Positions 52,701-63,729 are shown, numbered from the whole stretch's first letter. The stretch: 63,729 bases of DNA, filler included, from Choristocarpus tenellus KU-1152 (GCA_964200185.2; 7 parts of 7 records of this genome joined end to end with filler, not necessarily neighbours in it), one strand, 5' to 3'. Made by a program: numbers and translations. The notes: generated by a model from the letters alone, not told the origin.

Positions 52701-53646
52701 CAATATACAGTTTGATTTCAATCTTTGAAAGTGATTATTCTAAGTGTTACGGATTATATTGGTAATATTATAATAGGACAATGTGCAATACGGATTTTTA
52801 CAAGCAGCTTCAGACAGTAATCTTCCTCACTCACCTATCTTGGCTCCTGTTTATATCCATTTTGAGGGATAGCAGGTCAACTTCTTCATGATACTATCCT
52901 TAGTGCATGTGTGAAGGTGTATTGCATATCTTAGTGCATGTGGGCATGATATTGACCCCAGAGAATGAATATTGATTATCTTGTTGAGTCCATCTTTTGC
53001 ACAGCGAATGTTTGATTTTTATTGATAAATGTAGGTAGTATTTGGTTTGGGGAGGATAGAGATAGAAGAATATGAGTGACAGTATGTTAGGGTTAGGGTA
53101 CAGGTTTTGCCCTGTTTGTCCGTTTGGGGCTTGACTTACCACCTGTTTTTTGTGACATTTTCCTCTGAAATGATTCAAAGTAGGAAACAAGTTGGTGTTA
53201 TAAAAAGGTGCGTCCGGAACAAGGATAATGACACTTCCTGACAAACACGATAGCCAAAATTACATCAAAATAGCAACATTGGATTTTGGCCCCAAATGGA
53301 CACGACTCCACCCTCTAGCATAATTTGAATCACAAGACAAGGCTCACCCTTCAAGATGTAAGATGTAAGATGTGTCTCTCTTGTTGCAGAGCAATGTGCA
53401 GACTATAGATACTGTTATTTTTTGTAAGATTTGATTTTATAACAGATCTTTTCAAAAGTGAGTGAGGGTGTTCCTGCACCTAATTTATTTTTTCTGTTGG
53501 TATACTGCAAAGGGGTCTCAACAGATCAATGATTTTTGGCATCATTATTATTCAGTTTTAGCTTTAGGGTTTCTTTGTGCAAATGCTTTACCTGAACTCA
53601 TTGTGTCCCTATCCATCAAACTTAGGAGCCCAAATTCCGTTATATA

Positions 53647-53694
<48 letters not shown>

Positions 53695-56600
53695 TTGTAC
53701 AGCTCTTGTTAGTTGTGACTTTGTCAATGACCATGTTGATAGGAGAAGGAATGTTTGTTGATGGTGTTGATTATGTTCCATAGTTGTATTGTATTATATT
53801 GTATTGTATAGTATTTTAGTGTGAACAGAAGCAGCATGGTCAAAATCCTCTCCATCTTGTTTATGCCATCTGATAGGTGTTGGCAGCAGACAAGCTTCCT
53901 GGAGAGAATGTAAATGGTGAAGTGAGGTACACTGAAGCAAAGGAGGAGAAGGAGGAGAAGGAGGAGAAGGAGGTGGACAAGGAGGAAAATAAGGATGTTG
54001 TAGGAACAGGTGATAGTGTGCATGGAACAGGCATCAAGAGGACCAAGAAGGTCAGCTGGGCTGGTTCCAGCACCTCTCCAGAAACGTTTGCAGATCTCTG
54101 CTTGCAGATATCAGCTCGATCAAACTTTCTGCTGGAGGTGAGCACAGGGTGCAGTTCTTCTATTAAGATGCCATTGCATTAAAGATAGAGGAGTTCAAAC
54201 ATTTGTTGATTGTTTATCCCATGTTGATTGTTTATCCCATCCATGCCAAAGACTCTCCTCGGGCAGTTGCATATGTTCACTTTCTTCCTGTGTTATTTAA
54301 TAATTTTTTAATTTTTATATACAGTCCAGTCACATACATAGTATGTATACTATATATAGGTGCTTTGCTTTAATGATCTGTATTTGAGTAGTGACAGACA
54401 CCTCTTCTTTTCACCTCTTTTGTACTTCTTATCTCCTTCCTCAGAACACTGTCTTAATGCAATCATCTTGATCAACTCTCATCTTCATGTCCATGTTTAT
54501 GTTCATGTTTATATTCCGCTACATACTATGTGTATACATCAATATTTATTATGTACATAAACAAATAATATACATATATATATGTATGTATGCATGTGTA
54601 TGTATTTGTGGTGTTGATCCAGTTGTGTCCTTCCACTGCTGGATCATCATCATCATCAGAGAGTACTGCAGAAAGTACAAGTGTGTTGATGCATCACCTT
54701 GCCCAAGACTTGTCGGATATACCCACACCTCCCCCCCCAGCCCTCAAGACACGCTTGCTACGGTGGCGGTCTCAGGATAACAGCAAAGGGGGTTGGAAGG
54801 GGGTTGTTGATGTTCTTCGAGTACAGAGTCAGGTATGGTGTAATGATGCCATGGTGTAATGGTGTTTTGCCATTCTACTACAGAGGACATGTAAACCAGT
54901 TGGTGATAAGGAAAGACTGGGGTTGAGTTTCACTGCCAGAGATGAGGAGAGGTGTTGTTCCTTTTTCTTGCTTTAGACCTAGTACCTAGTGCCTACAATA
55001 AAAAGGTTAAACTCCTTGCCCACTTGTAAAATTTCCTGCCTGTTGAAGGGATTGCCTTAGTGGTTGTTGGGTGATATGCTGTAATTGTGGTGTAATTGTG
55101 GTAGGCTTTCAATGACTGGGTGTTGAGTTAAGTGTGACAAGTATTTGAATTTTTTTGTTTATTGTTTATTGTATAACTTGTAACTTGTAATTTGTAACTT
55201 ATACCAATGTTGAGATGCCTCACCTACCATGTGTAATCTAATATCCTCTGCGTTTGACTCTTGTCCCTCCTTGTCCCTCCTTGTCCATCAAACCAGCTTC
55301 GTCGAAGTGCTTCAAACCCTCACAGAAAACGTACGATGAGCTTGGGTAACATATCCCAGGGTTATGGTGGAGTACGACTATCTAGGTGACTCAATCACAA
55401 TTGTGTTGTAAACACAACACTGTAGTCACACACTAAAATACTGTAGTCACACACTAAATAGCTGTCGTTCATTTCAAAAACATATTTTCCAAATTTTGGA
55501 GAGTTCATTCTCTGTCTGTTGTTGCTGTGGATGTAATATGTAATCTTACATAATATGTAATCTTACATTAATGTATTTCACTCCTTTGTGCCTCGGTGAT
55601 CAAAGTGTTTCAGTTTAATATTTACTTTGATGTAGACCTTTGCCTAAAGTGTGTGTGAGAGATAAAGATGTTGAGATATTGCTGGGGTAAAGTTGGCCTT
55701 GTCCAAGACATGAGATGAAGGGACAATTAAACACCATATTAAACACCATATGCACATCTGTGTGTCACACACACTCACAACTCGTGTCACATGTATTGGA
55801 ATATATCATGCATGGTGTTCATCGCAAAATTCTTGTGGCAACTGATTAACAATACAGCAGAGTTGAGAAACTGGAGAGAGGGGATGACATACTTTGTCAC
55901 ATACTACTCCAGAGTACATGTATGCAGCACAGTAAGATTATTGGATATTATCAACACACCCCTTACACCCCCTTGAGTAGACCTGTATTAACAGAGTATG
56001 TAAAGAGTGTGTATTAACATCCTTGGCAATTAACTTATGCGCTGCTCTATTGGTGAGCAGGCAAACATCCACTTCTTACATTCCAGAGGGACAGGGCATG
56101 AAGATGGAGTCTGAGTCTGGTTTGGGATCACCTATGCAGGAGGATTCTAATATTTTCTATGAGCGTCAAGAGAGCAATAGTTTTTCAGAAGATGAATCCC
56201 ACTCGTCTGGGGAGGAATCTTTGCTAGAAGACATCACAGCTGCCAATGCAGCTATGCAGGTGCACCATCTACATTCAGTGCTCATGAAGGAAGTGGATGG
56301 TATTATCTTTTTTTTGTCTGAGGTTGTAGTAATGAGTTCTTGCATCAATCAAAGATATACATCCCTGGTTTTGTTTTATTTGTACAGTAGTACCTGTTGG
56401 TGAATTGCTTCTTTACCTATTTATGCTTTGTGCTAAAATGACCATCAATTGTGTCACACTGTACTAAGAGGAGTAGTGAGAATGATGTAAGGCTAGTAAT
56501 AAATAAGCCACTCTTGTTTACAAGTAATACACTCTTGTTTACAAGTAATACACTCTTGTTTACAAGTAATACACTCTTGTTTACAAGTAATACACTCTTG

Positions 56601-56958
56601 TTTACAAGTAATACACCAAGTGTTAACGTGCTAGGCTCTATGTGCTAGGTTGTATTTCCATGACTATGAGGGGGAAAGACTCCATGAAAGAGGGATAATG
56701 AGCTGTTCAACAGAAACAAATTGTATTAGAATTTGAATTTCCAGTGTTGATACAAGCACTATGAACATACACTATTTTAGTAATACTATGGACTGGATTT
56801 GTACCTTGAAGTTTCCAAGTCCATCACAGTACCTTTAAGTTGCCAAGTTCACATTAGGTACTCATAGTATTATTTCTGTACATTGAAGCAGCAACTTGTT
56901 CCCCTGATGATGTGCAAATCACACAGGCGGTGACAATGTATGTGGTGACAAGGGGGGG
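34317..56958 (+). CDS. Giant HERC-like (probable HECT E3 ubiquitin ligase) protein with three SPRY domains, internal part. Exons include 35260-35377, 35688-36221, 36859-37747, 38078-38159, 38619-40056, 40602-40775, 41176-41364, 43164-43306, 44036-44245, 44804-44906, 45958-46053, 47074-47828, 48699-48855, 49417-49701, 50001-50115, 50385-51671, 51842-51969, 53877-54137, 54623-54832, 55297-55385, 56061-56259, 56927-end
   Basis: Phase-compatible spliced frame from 35260 onward; the upstream exons are less certain. SPRY1: GVWSW...ETTCIGVA...WMVRCYNGETY...VYPAVCFY. SPRY2: GKAAWEF...VFGIA...GDVLRCELDMDEGTLRF...IYPCAGSY. SPRY3: GSWGWWSDG...DVITMVLDTSLGTLKFLVNG...LYPSCS. HERC1/2-like motifs WLNSPLLSGG and FIAALLKH. 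No HECT domain lies within the contig, so ligase function is inferred. Confidence 0.8.
38007..38076. repeat. (CA)n microsatellite abutting a 3' splice site
   Basis: About 35 CA units ending in ACAG just before exon 38078. Confidence 0.95.
38181..38423. repeat. Intronic minisatellite, ~20-bp unit TATACTTTTCCTTCCAATAG
   Basis: About 12 degenerate head-to-tail copies. Confidence 0.9.
40166..40370. repeat. Intronic minisatellite, 17-bp unit GACTATTRCAATGGTAT
   Basis: About 12 tandem copies. Confidence 0.92.
41530..42066. repeat. Intronic 9-bp tandem repeat (AATATCCCA/AATATCCTA/AATATCACA variants)
   Basis: About 540-bp array that generates spurious ORFs on both strands. Confidence 0.92.
42512..42964. 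repeat. Intronic minisatellite, 30-bp unit ATCAGATAATTCATTATGTGAATCGATATC
   Basis: About 15 head-to-tail copies with no spacers. Confidence 0.95.
43361..43708 (+). mobile_element. MITE family B variant with TTAGGG/CCCTAA insertions
   Basis: Termini AACCCAAATCATTTAAGAGGG ... CCCTCTTAAATGCTTTGGGTC, ATG on both flanks, family-B interior plus telomere-like tracts. Confidence 0.7.
44247..44516. repeat. Intronic minisatellite, 20-bp unit GTACCTTGATACTAGTAGTT, starting at the 5' splice site
   Basis: About 13 copies directly after exon 44036-44245. Confidence 0.92.
48823..49005. repeat. 44-bp tandem repeat spanning an exon-intron junction
   Basis: About 4 copies of CAGTGTGTATACCCAACTGTTAATSAGGTGTGTGATGSATTTCA; the first overlaps the end of exon 48699-48855. 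Confidence 0.9.
53074..53331 (+). mobile_element. MITE family B copy
   Basis: GAGTGACAGTATGTTAGGGTTAGGGTACAGGTTTTGCCC ... CCCTCTAGCATAATTTGAATC. Confidence 0.75.
56509..56616. repeat. Intronic 21-bp tandem repeat CACTCTTGTTTACAAGTAATA
   Basis: About 5 identical copies. Confidence 0.9.
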
Positions 56959-57058
56959 NNNNNNNNNNNNNNNNNNNNNNNNNNNNNNNNNNNNNNNNNN
57001 NNTTAATTAATTAANNNNNNNNNNNNNNNNNNNNNNNNNNNNNNNNNNNNNNNNNNNN

Positions 57059-57248
57059 AGAAAAGGAAAGGGGGGGGGGGGGGGGGGGTATCTACACCAG
57101 GATGTCCATTCGGGTCATAACCAGGAAAAGGGCACTTACATTATCCATCCAATGTATGCAACCAAATCACACAAAAATTGTGACATGGAAAAATTGAACC
57201 CAAAAGGACACCTGCCACACACACACACACCCCCAGATACTTTGAGCC
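57059..57248 (+). mobile_element. MITE family A copy truncated at the contig start
   Basis: Poly-G, family-A interior, ends CCCCAGATACTTTGAGCC. Confidence 0.75.
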
Positions 57249-57797
57249 TAAAAAAAAAAGATCTCTTTTACAATTCACCCATATTTCCATGGGTGAAGTG
57301 CTAAGTTTGACTTGCGAATGTCAATTCCTCTACTGTTTGAATCATTTCGACACAATTTCGAACTTTTTTTTTCTTCACAATTCTGAACTTATCTCGTACA
57401 CATTTCAAAAAAACAGGTGATTTCCCAACTTTACTTTTTCAACATTCTCGAATGCAAATCTGGGTGCCTCTTGTGTACTTTAACTCTGTATCTTCTACTG
57501 TGAGTATGGTCATCATCAATAGTGCTATGCCATTACACAGGATTTCAAATCTCCCTGTTTCTTGTTAGGGTTAGGGTTAGCTGCTGCAGTTTGTGAGGGA
57601 AGCTAAGAGTAGTACTGTGACTTTCATACAAGGATAAACTCAAATCCAGAGCAGCCCTTCGTTTCTAACGGGCACCCATTCTTGTCCCTAGGGTCATGAC
57701 TGTGCCGTGGCTATTCCATTCAACGCCTTTTTCCCCACGCATCTTTTGCCTTCATGTCTGGAAGTGTTTGAACATCTGCATCGTGTGCCAACATGGA

Positions 57798-57979
57798 GGC
57801 TCAAACTATCTGGAGAGGGGGTGTGGCGGCTGTCCATTTAGGGCCAATTTTTTCATGTCACGATTTTTGGGTGATTTGGTTGCATACGCCGGACGGATAA
57901 TGCAAGTGCACTTTTCCTGTTTATGACCCGAACGAACACCCTGGTGTAGATCCCCCACCCCCCCAAGATACTTTGGGTC
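57798..57979 (-). mobile_element. MITE family A full copy, reverse orientation, 4-bp TSD TGGA
   Basis: TGGA-GGCTCAAACTATCTGG ... CCAAGATACTTTGGGTC-TGGA. Confidence 0.85.
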
Positions 57980-59411
57980 TGGAAGATCTCTACTTGCTAT
58001 TGAATTTTGCACACCCCGGCACTCTTTTATAGAAGTATTTTCACAACCGGGTTGTGACAAGATATCTGGTCTCTATGCAAGGCAGTTGTGACAATATAGT
58101 CTTCTGCATGCGCATCCACTTCTAACCCTAACCCTAACCCTAGGAGTATATTTTCATGGCACGTTTGTGGCTACTTGTCTTTGGATTGGTTCTTTTCTAG
58201 TTGCCTCAATCTTTCTCCACCGATGCCTGCTAATTCTTGGATTAATCTAGCACAATCCCTTGGAGAGCATATTCTTAGTGATATGCAAAGCTTTGTTGTG
58301 TTCCCCTTTCTGTATAATTTGTTGCATAAACACGTGGCCTTGTTTGTGTAGATCATACCAAGAGTTGAAGAAAGCTTCAAATCAACTATATAGAGGGGTG
58401 CTTATCCTTGACAACAAAAACTGCATAGAAGGTCTGCCCCTGCCCCCATTCTAGAAAAAAAAGAAGGAAACACATGCATAAGAGCAAGTAGCAGTGTGCT
58501 CTAGTGATGGCTTTGTTTTTTGTGGCCAACCATCCATAACAAGTTCTGCTGAAGCTGTAGATGACAAGTATCTTACCTGAAAAGAGACCTTTACTGTAGC
58601 TGTTTAACATAGGTTTCGGGTGCGATACGCTTTTCATTTCAAGTGAGAAACTTGCCCCTGAACAAAATACACAGCCTGCAAAAGGACCCTCCTGTTCTTT
58701 GGAGCTGTACAAAACCGTGGACAAGCTGCCAAAAAAAACTATCCAGAATGCAGTCCCTATCCTGGAAGAATCGGCATACTAATGTCTACTCTTCAATTCT
58801 TGACACTAGAAACACCACCGCCTAGTGTCTATCACTTGAAAGCAAAAAATTATTGTGCTATTAATATATAGTTTGTAGCTGCTGGCCCACCTTGCGCCTT
58901 TGACCAGTTTTTGGGACCTGTTTTTTTGCTTGCCCCTGCTGCGTGCATGTGTCCCACCAATCTCTTCCTCGCTTTGCAATGAGGTAGATGTGTGCACTTT
59001 GTGGCAGGATCGTTTGCTTCTAGCATGAGCTTGGCTGAGAGGTGAGCAAAGGGAGTAATTAGGAGCAGTGCAACACTATACATGTGGACATCTGGGACTT
59101 CCAATTTTTTGTCATGTCTCCCGACTAACTGCCCGCTCAATTTGTGAGAGGAACTTCGAAGGAAGTACTGCTTACCAGTCCACACAAAGTGACTATATGT
59201 ATGTCAGGAATTGACCACCCCAGATGTATGATGTAAAAAAAAAATGCAATAGAAGCCTAATGCACAGTAGCAGAAGAATAATGCAGTTGTATTTGCCTGT
59301 GAAAGACTGACGCTTGAATTGTTCCCAACCTTTGCTGCAAAGATTATTACCTTCAATTGTTCAACATTGGTATTTTCAATTGCTGTGATTGCATAGGAGC
59401 TATGTTCAACA

Positions 59412-60560
59412 CTATTTCCTACACCCCTGGTCATTATTCATCCACCTGCTGAAGTGTTCCAGCCCGTCAGCAAGAAGAGTAACACATAGCACTTGGTGAT
59501 CCACACTCTCTACCTCCAAGAGATGTAAGGACCTTCCTGCTGCTTCTATTCTGACCAGTTCGACCTTCATTGCCTCCCTACCAACTTGAGAGCTTTCCCC
59601 TTCATCTTCATGCTTCAGCTTCCTGTCCCTGCTCCGCCCTCCATGCATAGAACTTACCCTTTGCGATCTTCTAGAAAGACTTCTTCGGGCTTCCTTCTTG
59701 GGTCTACCCACTCTTGTTTGTGTTCCCCTTTTGCAGCAATCATTGTCATCATCACCACTGCCTTGGAGTCCCTCACACAATGTCACCATGCTTTTTTTCC
59801 CTTCCATCACCTCTTCTATCCTTCCTTCTTCTTTTGATGAGCTAAACATGTTGCATAAGCCCCTCGAAATACTTGTAAACTCCTGCAAAGCCTCTCCAGT
59901 GTTGGCTGGGTTGTTGACTTGGGGACAATCATGACCCCCTTCAACCTGGGCAACTTGGCCGAGGTTTGTAGTTTGGGCGCTTTTTTCCGATTGCTGGCGA
60001 TTTGGGTGATGATTTTCCCGGAGATTACTGACATCATCCGCTTGCTTTGGGTTGAGGCTATTGAGAAGGCAACATGCGGCTAGTAGTGAGAAACGTTTTG
60101 ACCTTGTCTGTGTGAGGAAGTTGAAGTTGATTCTGATATTCTCTGGGACAACAGCAGGGGAAGCAACATTATCACCAGGTGCAAATATCAAGCCAGAGGC
60201 TGAATTACTGCAATCAAGGCCATCGCCTTCTGTCTTTGTTAGGGCTTCTTCTTTGCCGATTTGCCCAATTTTGCTGGAGAATATACTCTTGTTCTGAGGA
60301 TAGCTAGAGCCAGCGTGAGGATCCTGCTGTGCTTTTTCTTGAACCAGACTCGGCGCTCTATTGCCAACAGGAGCGAGATTGGATCTCTTTTCAGGCAATA
60401 TATTGAAGGCAAGGTGTTCTGATTTGTTGGGTGCTTTGTGCTCCATGACTGCCCCCTTATTTCCCTGTTCCTTGCTTAATTCCTTAGCACACTTAGGAAG
60501 CTTAGATCGAGCTCTGGCTGTAGCTCTTGGTTCATTGGTGTGAATTCTTTGGGTTGAAGG
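59412..60560 (-). CDS. Probable large terminal exon of an unknown, mostly low-complexity protein
   Basis: 344-aa ORF 60446-59412, with the frame open about 150 nt further upstream near candidate AG acceptors. Hydrophilic composition with a structured-looking C-terminus; no family recognised. Confidence 0.5.
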   Translation of the reverse strand, partial: PSTQRIHTNEPRATARARSKLPKCAKELSKEQGNKGAVMEHKAPNKSEHLAFNILPEKRSNLAPVGNRAPSLVQEKAQQDPHAGSSYPQNKSIFSSKIGQIGKEEALTKTEGDGLDCSNSASGLIFAPGDNVASPAVVPENIRINFNFLTQTRSKRFSLLAACCLLNSLNPKQADDVSNLRENHHPNRQQSEKSAQTTNLGQVAQVEGGHDCPQVNNPANTGEALQEFTSISRGLCNMFSSSKEEGRIEEVMEGKKSMVTLCEGLQGSGDDDNDCCKRGTQTRVGRPKKEARRSLSRRSQRVSSMHGGRSRDRKLKHEDEGESSQVGREAMKVELVRIEAAGRSLHLLEVESVDHQVLCVTLLADGLEHFSRWMNNDQGCRK

Positions 60561-62407
60561 CTCTTGCTTGCATTGAGAGAGTCCCGTACAACAATAAGGT
60601 CAATACGTCAAAGGAAGATTGTATAGTTTGCAACTGGAAGTGTGCTTCAGGTGGTTAGAAGGACGGTGTTTCACAAGCAAAACATCGGGGATGGGAATAC
60701 GCCATCCAAGAGGGAAAGAGGTCAGCAATGCTAAGCCAAGGTACTGCCATGTTCAGCAGTGCACATGGCATGCAACTATTGCTTCAGAGTCGCCACATGT
60801 CCGAATTGATAATCTGTTGCTAGGCACAACTATTGTGCATTTATCCTCGGCAGTGCATCCCCTTCAGCAGGCAGTATATACTTAGGTGTGGGCCTTCATG
60901 GAACATTCTACCAGCAGCACAAAGATGCACTCTGGACATGACTGAGATAGTATGCAGGGCCAGCTAACCTTCATTTGTAATCCTCAGGAGTGCACTACTA
61001 GATTGTGGCTCAAAGTATCTGGGNNNNNNNNNNNNNNNNNNNNNNNNNNNNNNNNNNNNNNNNNNNNTTAATTAATTAANNNNNNNNNNNNNNNNNNNNN
61101 NNNNNNNNNNNNNNNNNNNNNNNAGGTCGCTTCCAAATCGTAGCGGTGCCCTCCACAAGCACCGAAATATTTTTGAACAAAAATCTATCCCATTCGTAGC
61201 AAAGCCCTCAAAAAGTGCCGCAACATTTTCTAAAAAAACACATGGACACTTTCCGCACACCATTTTCGGCCAAACCCATCCTCCATAGTATGCTCCATTC
61301 TCAATTTTGATGATCGGCTGATAACTGTTGTAGTTTTGGTTTTGGTATTCCCTGACGCATCTGCGAAATGTTAAGAGGGAGAATAATATGTATCACTCAA
61401 ACCCAAACAGTTTTAACAAGAGATACTGATCGGTGGTGGCCAGGCCCAGCTATATATAAAGGTGGTGTCCACAGAGAGGTTGCCCACAATGTAGCAGTGT
61501 TGACATAAATTCTTAACTGAAGGGTGGTGTTTGCTGATCATATTGACGAGTGGGCATCCAAACAGGTGCATAAGAATATAGCAGTAGTGGTGTAAGACCA
61601 TTAAATTCCAGGAACTAGCAATAGTAATAATAATGCCGGACAACAGTTGGTGTGTACAGTACTTCAAAGCATCTCCTTTTGTGAACAACTCTCCCCCTTT
61701 CCTCTGGAGATTAGATATAAGTAAATATTGTTGACTGTGCTTGTCTACTCCTCCAGTACACCATAGCATGCTTTGGTGTGTCGTTGTATCCTGGTACATG
61801 CAAATTATACATCTTGTTAGCGTGATAATACAATATTGAACAAACCCAACGGCACAAAGAGTAGTAGATGCTACTATGTATGTGCATGATGAATACCCGC
61901 AACTGTGCACTGTGTGTGCACACTGTGAAACTTGTTTTGCGAAAGACGAATACCACCAGAACATCCCTTACCGACAACGCAGGGTTTTGTACGAAACAGA
62001 GTACACAATTCAAATAAAGCACCTTACAACTCTTTCTCAACCAGGGTCAAACTCCACAATGGTGTACCCAGAGCAACCGCTTCAATACTTTCAAGAACAG
62101 AAAACATCAACAACAAAAATAGAACACAGCATCAAAATCGAAGGATTTCCACCCCAGACAGTGCGAGATGCTACAGGTAGTAGTACTTTCAACATCTATA
62201 TAGGTTGGTACTATATATACTGGTAGAACCATCTTCACCGTAGGCTGGGAGCTTTCCCAACCTATGGTCAGAGGTACTACACTCATGCTCTACTTCTCAT
62301 ACAAACTACTGTAACTGGCCAATGTTTCACTACAAGTAGTTGCACTGCCTCCGTTTAGATCTTGCTTTTTGTGCGTTGGGTACAGCCATCCCACCACTCG
62401 TTACTTT

Positions 62408-63081
62408 GAGTCAAACTATCCTAGAGGGTACAGCCGCATCCGTTTGGAGGTCAAAGCCCAATGCTGTGATTTTGATGTAATTTTAGCTATCATGTTGGAT
62501 AGGAAGTGTCAATATCCTTGTTCCGGGCACACCTTTTCATGACGTAAACATTTGTTTTACAGGCATGCACAGAAACTTACCTCCACAGGATGGGTAGCTC
62601 CAATCCACAGGTTAACGAACGTCAGCTCAGCAGAACAGAGATATTCTCAAATGAATCAATTGGCATAAGAAAATATGTTTTTGGTATCAGTAAGAGAGTG
62701 TTTAAGATGGGTCCTTAGAGATGCACCGAGCCATTTGGAGCCGTTTTTAGGATCTCTTATCATCATTTACCGTTGGGACTTCTTTGGTTTACAGACATTG
62801 GAATATATCTGAGAACCCTTTCGACTTTCCCGAGTTACAAATTTTATTCTGCAATTTTTAGCAAATCGGAGTTCCTCCTTTTGGGGTTCCCCACGCGCGT
62901 ACACTCTGCTCGCGCCGGTTATATATAGTGCGGGAAGAAATACTTGCGATATTTGCCTGTAACGACTTTACCTACTCCGAAATGTTTTGGAGTAGGTGAA
63001 ATTTCGTAAAAAGTCCATGGGAAGCCAAGTCCCAAACGGACAAACAGGGCAAAACTCGCACCCTGTAAGATACTTTCACTC
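62408..63081 (-). mobile_element. MITE family B copy (reverse) split by a nested ~413-bp TIR element at 62554-62966
   Basis: Outer ends GAGTCAAACTATCCTAGAGGGTA ... CCCTGTAAGATACTTTCACTC. The family-B sequence resumes after an insert bounded by TTACAGGCA/TGCCTGTAA and a TTT duplication. Confidence 0.7.
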
Positions 63082-63358
63082 CTCTGTCTCCTCCCTTCAA
63101 TCTACACAGTAGTCACCACAGGTGGTGTTGGTCCACAATGGTGTCTTACCACCTAGTTTTACTTTTGTCGCATACTATAGAGAAAGACAACATAGCACAG
63201 GTGTACAATCCGTGGTGCTTGCGACGTGATCTTTGGATCATCCGAATCATATTTCCCTGAAACAATAGCACCATTGAGGATGGTTGAACACCCTCATCTC
63301 TTCTAAATGGTTTCGTATTATAATGTTTATACATTCTTCTGTGCATAATATAAAATAA

Positions 63359-63429
63359 GCGCCAGTAGTTCAGTGGTAGAATACGTGATTGCCATTCACG
63401 TGGCCTGGGTTCGATTCCCGGCTGGCGCA
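63359..63429 (+). tRNA. trnG-GCC: tRNA-Gly(GCC)
   Basis: Full cloverleaf: acceptor GCGCCAG/CTGGCGC, D arm GTTC-AGTGGTA-GAAT, anticodon stem CGTGA/TCACG with loop TTGCCAT, T arm CTGGG-TTCGATT-CCCGG. Upstream TATA-like tract, downstream TTTT Pol III terminator, no encoded CCA. Confidence 0.97.
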
Positions 63430-63729
63430 TTTTGGATCTTAGCTTTATGTTGCAAGTCTGACTTTGGCCCAGATTCTCCTTGATCCCGACCCGACTTCAC
63501 GATATGAAAATCTCGTTTCCATTGAAAATCTGGATGACAAACACTACGGATTTCACGCCAGTTATTTATTATTAATCCTAGTGTCAGGGACAGGTTCCTC
63601 TTTTGGGATCTCCGTCCGACACACACACATGAATAAGACGCGCGGTCATATACAATTGCGCGCGCCAACCACGTCATTTGAGCTCATCCATATCGACCAG
63701 TCCAACCACTTATATAAATAAATAATAGA

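Noticed and set aside
61413-63240. Possible minus-strand spliced gene in the last contig
   Set aside because: Candidate exons exist, but I could not build a recognisable or phase-verified product.
1-63729. Functional cluster of lipid-related genes (SSD transporter, START, mitochondrial carrier) or a prokaryote-style defence system
   Set aside because: The genes lie on different, artificially joined contigs. No operon, Cas, TnpB/Fanzor or viral hallmark gene was recognisable.

Overview
This is eukaryotic nuclear DNA, not prokaryotic. Seven contigs (1-8092, 8193-25090, 25191-29692, 29793-33840, 33941-56958, 57059-61023, 61124-63729) are joined by artificial 100-nt N44-TTAATTAATTAA-N44 linkers. 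Intron-rich genes, TTAGGG tracts and the transposon types suggest a stramenopile, probably a brown alga (inference). Genes reconstructed by hand from GT-AG junctions and reading-frame phase: (i) a Zn2Cys6 (GAL4-type) transcription factor on the minus strand that the ORF track misses; (ii) an ankyrin-repeat gene built from phase-0, one-repeat-per-exon cassettes of 117-120 nt; (iii) a multi-exon Dispatched/Patched-like sterol-sensing RND membrane protein filling contig 2; (iv) the 3' part of a mitochondrial carrier; (v) the last exon of a START-domain protein; (vi) about 23 kb of a giant HERC-like protein gene with three SPRY domains; (vii) tRNA-Gly(GCC). The rest is transposon debris (copia, RLE-type non-LTR, possible hAT), two abundant related MITE families with 3-4 bp TSDs, and intronic minisatellites. 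There is no CRISPR array or operon-like system. The best leads are the ankyrin exon cassettes, the CpG contrast suggesting gene-body methylation, the MITE pair with telomeric-repeat insertions, and possible micro-exon birth by tandem duplication.
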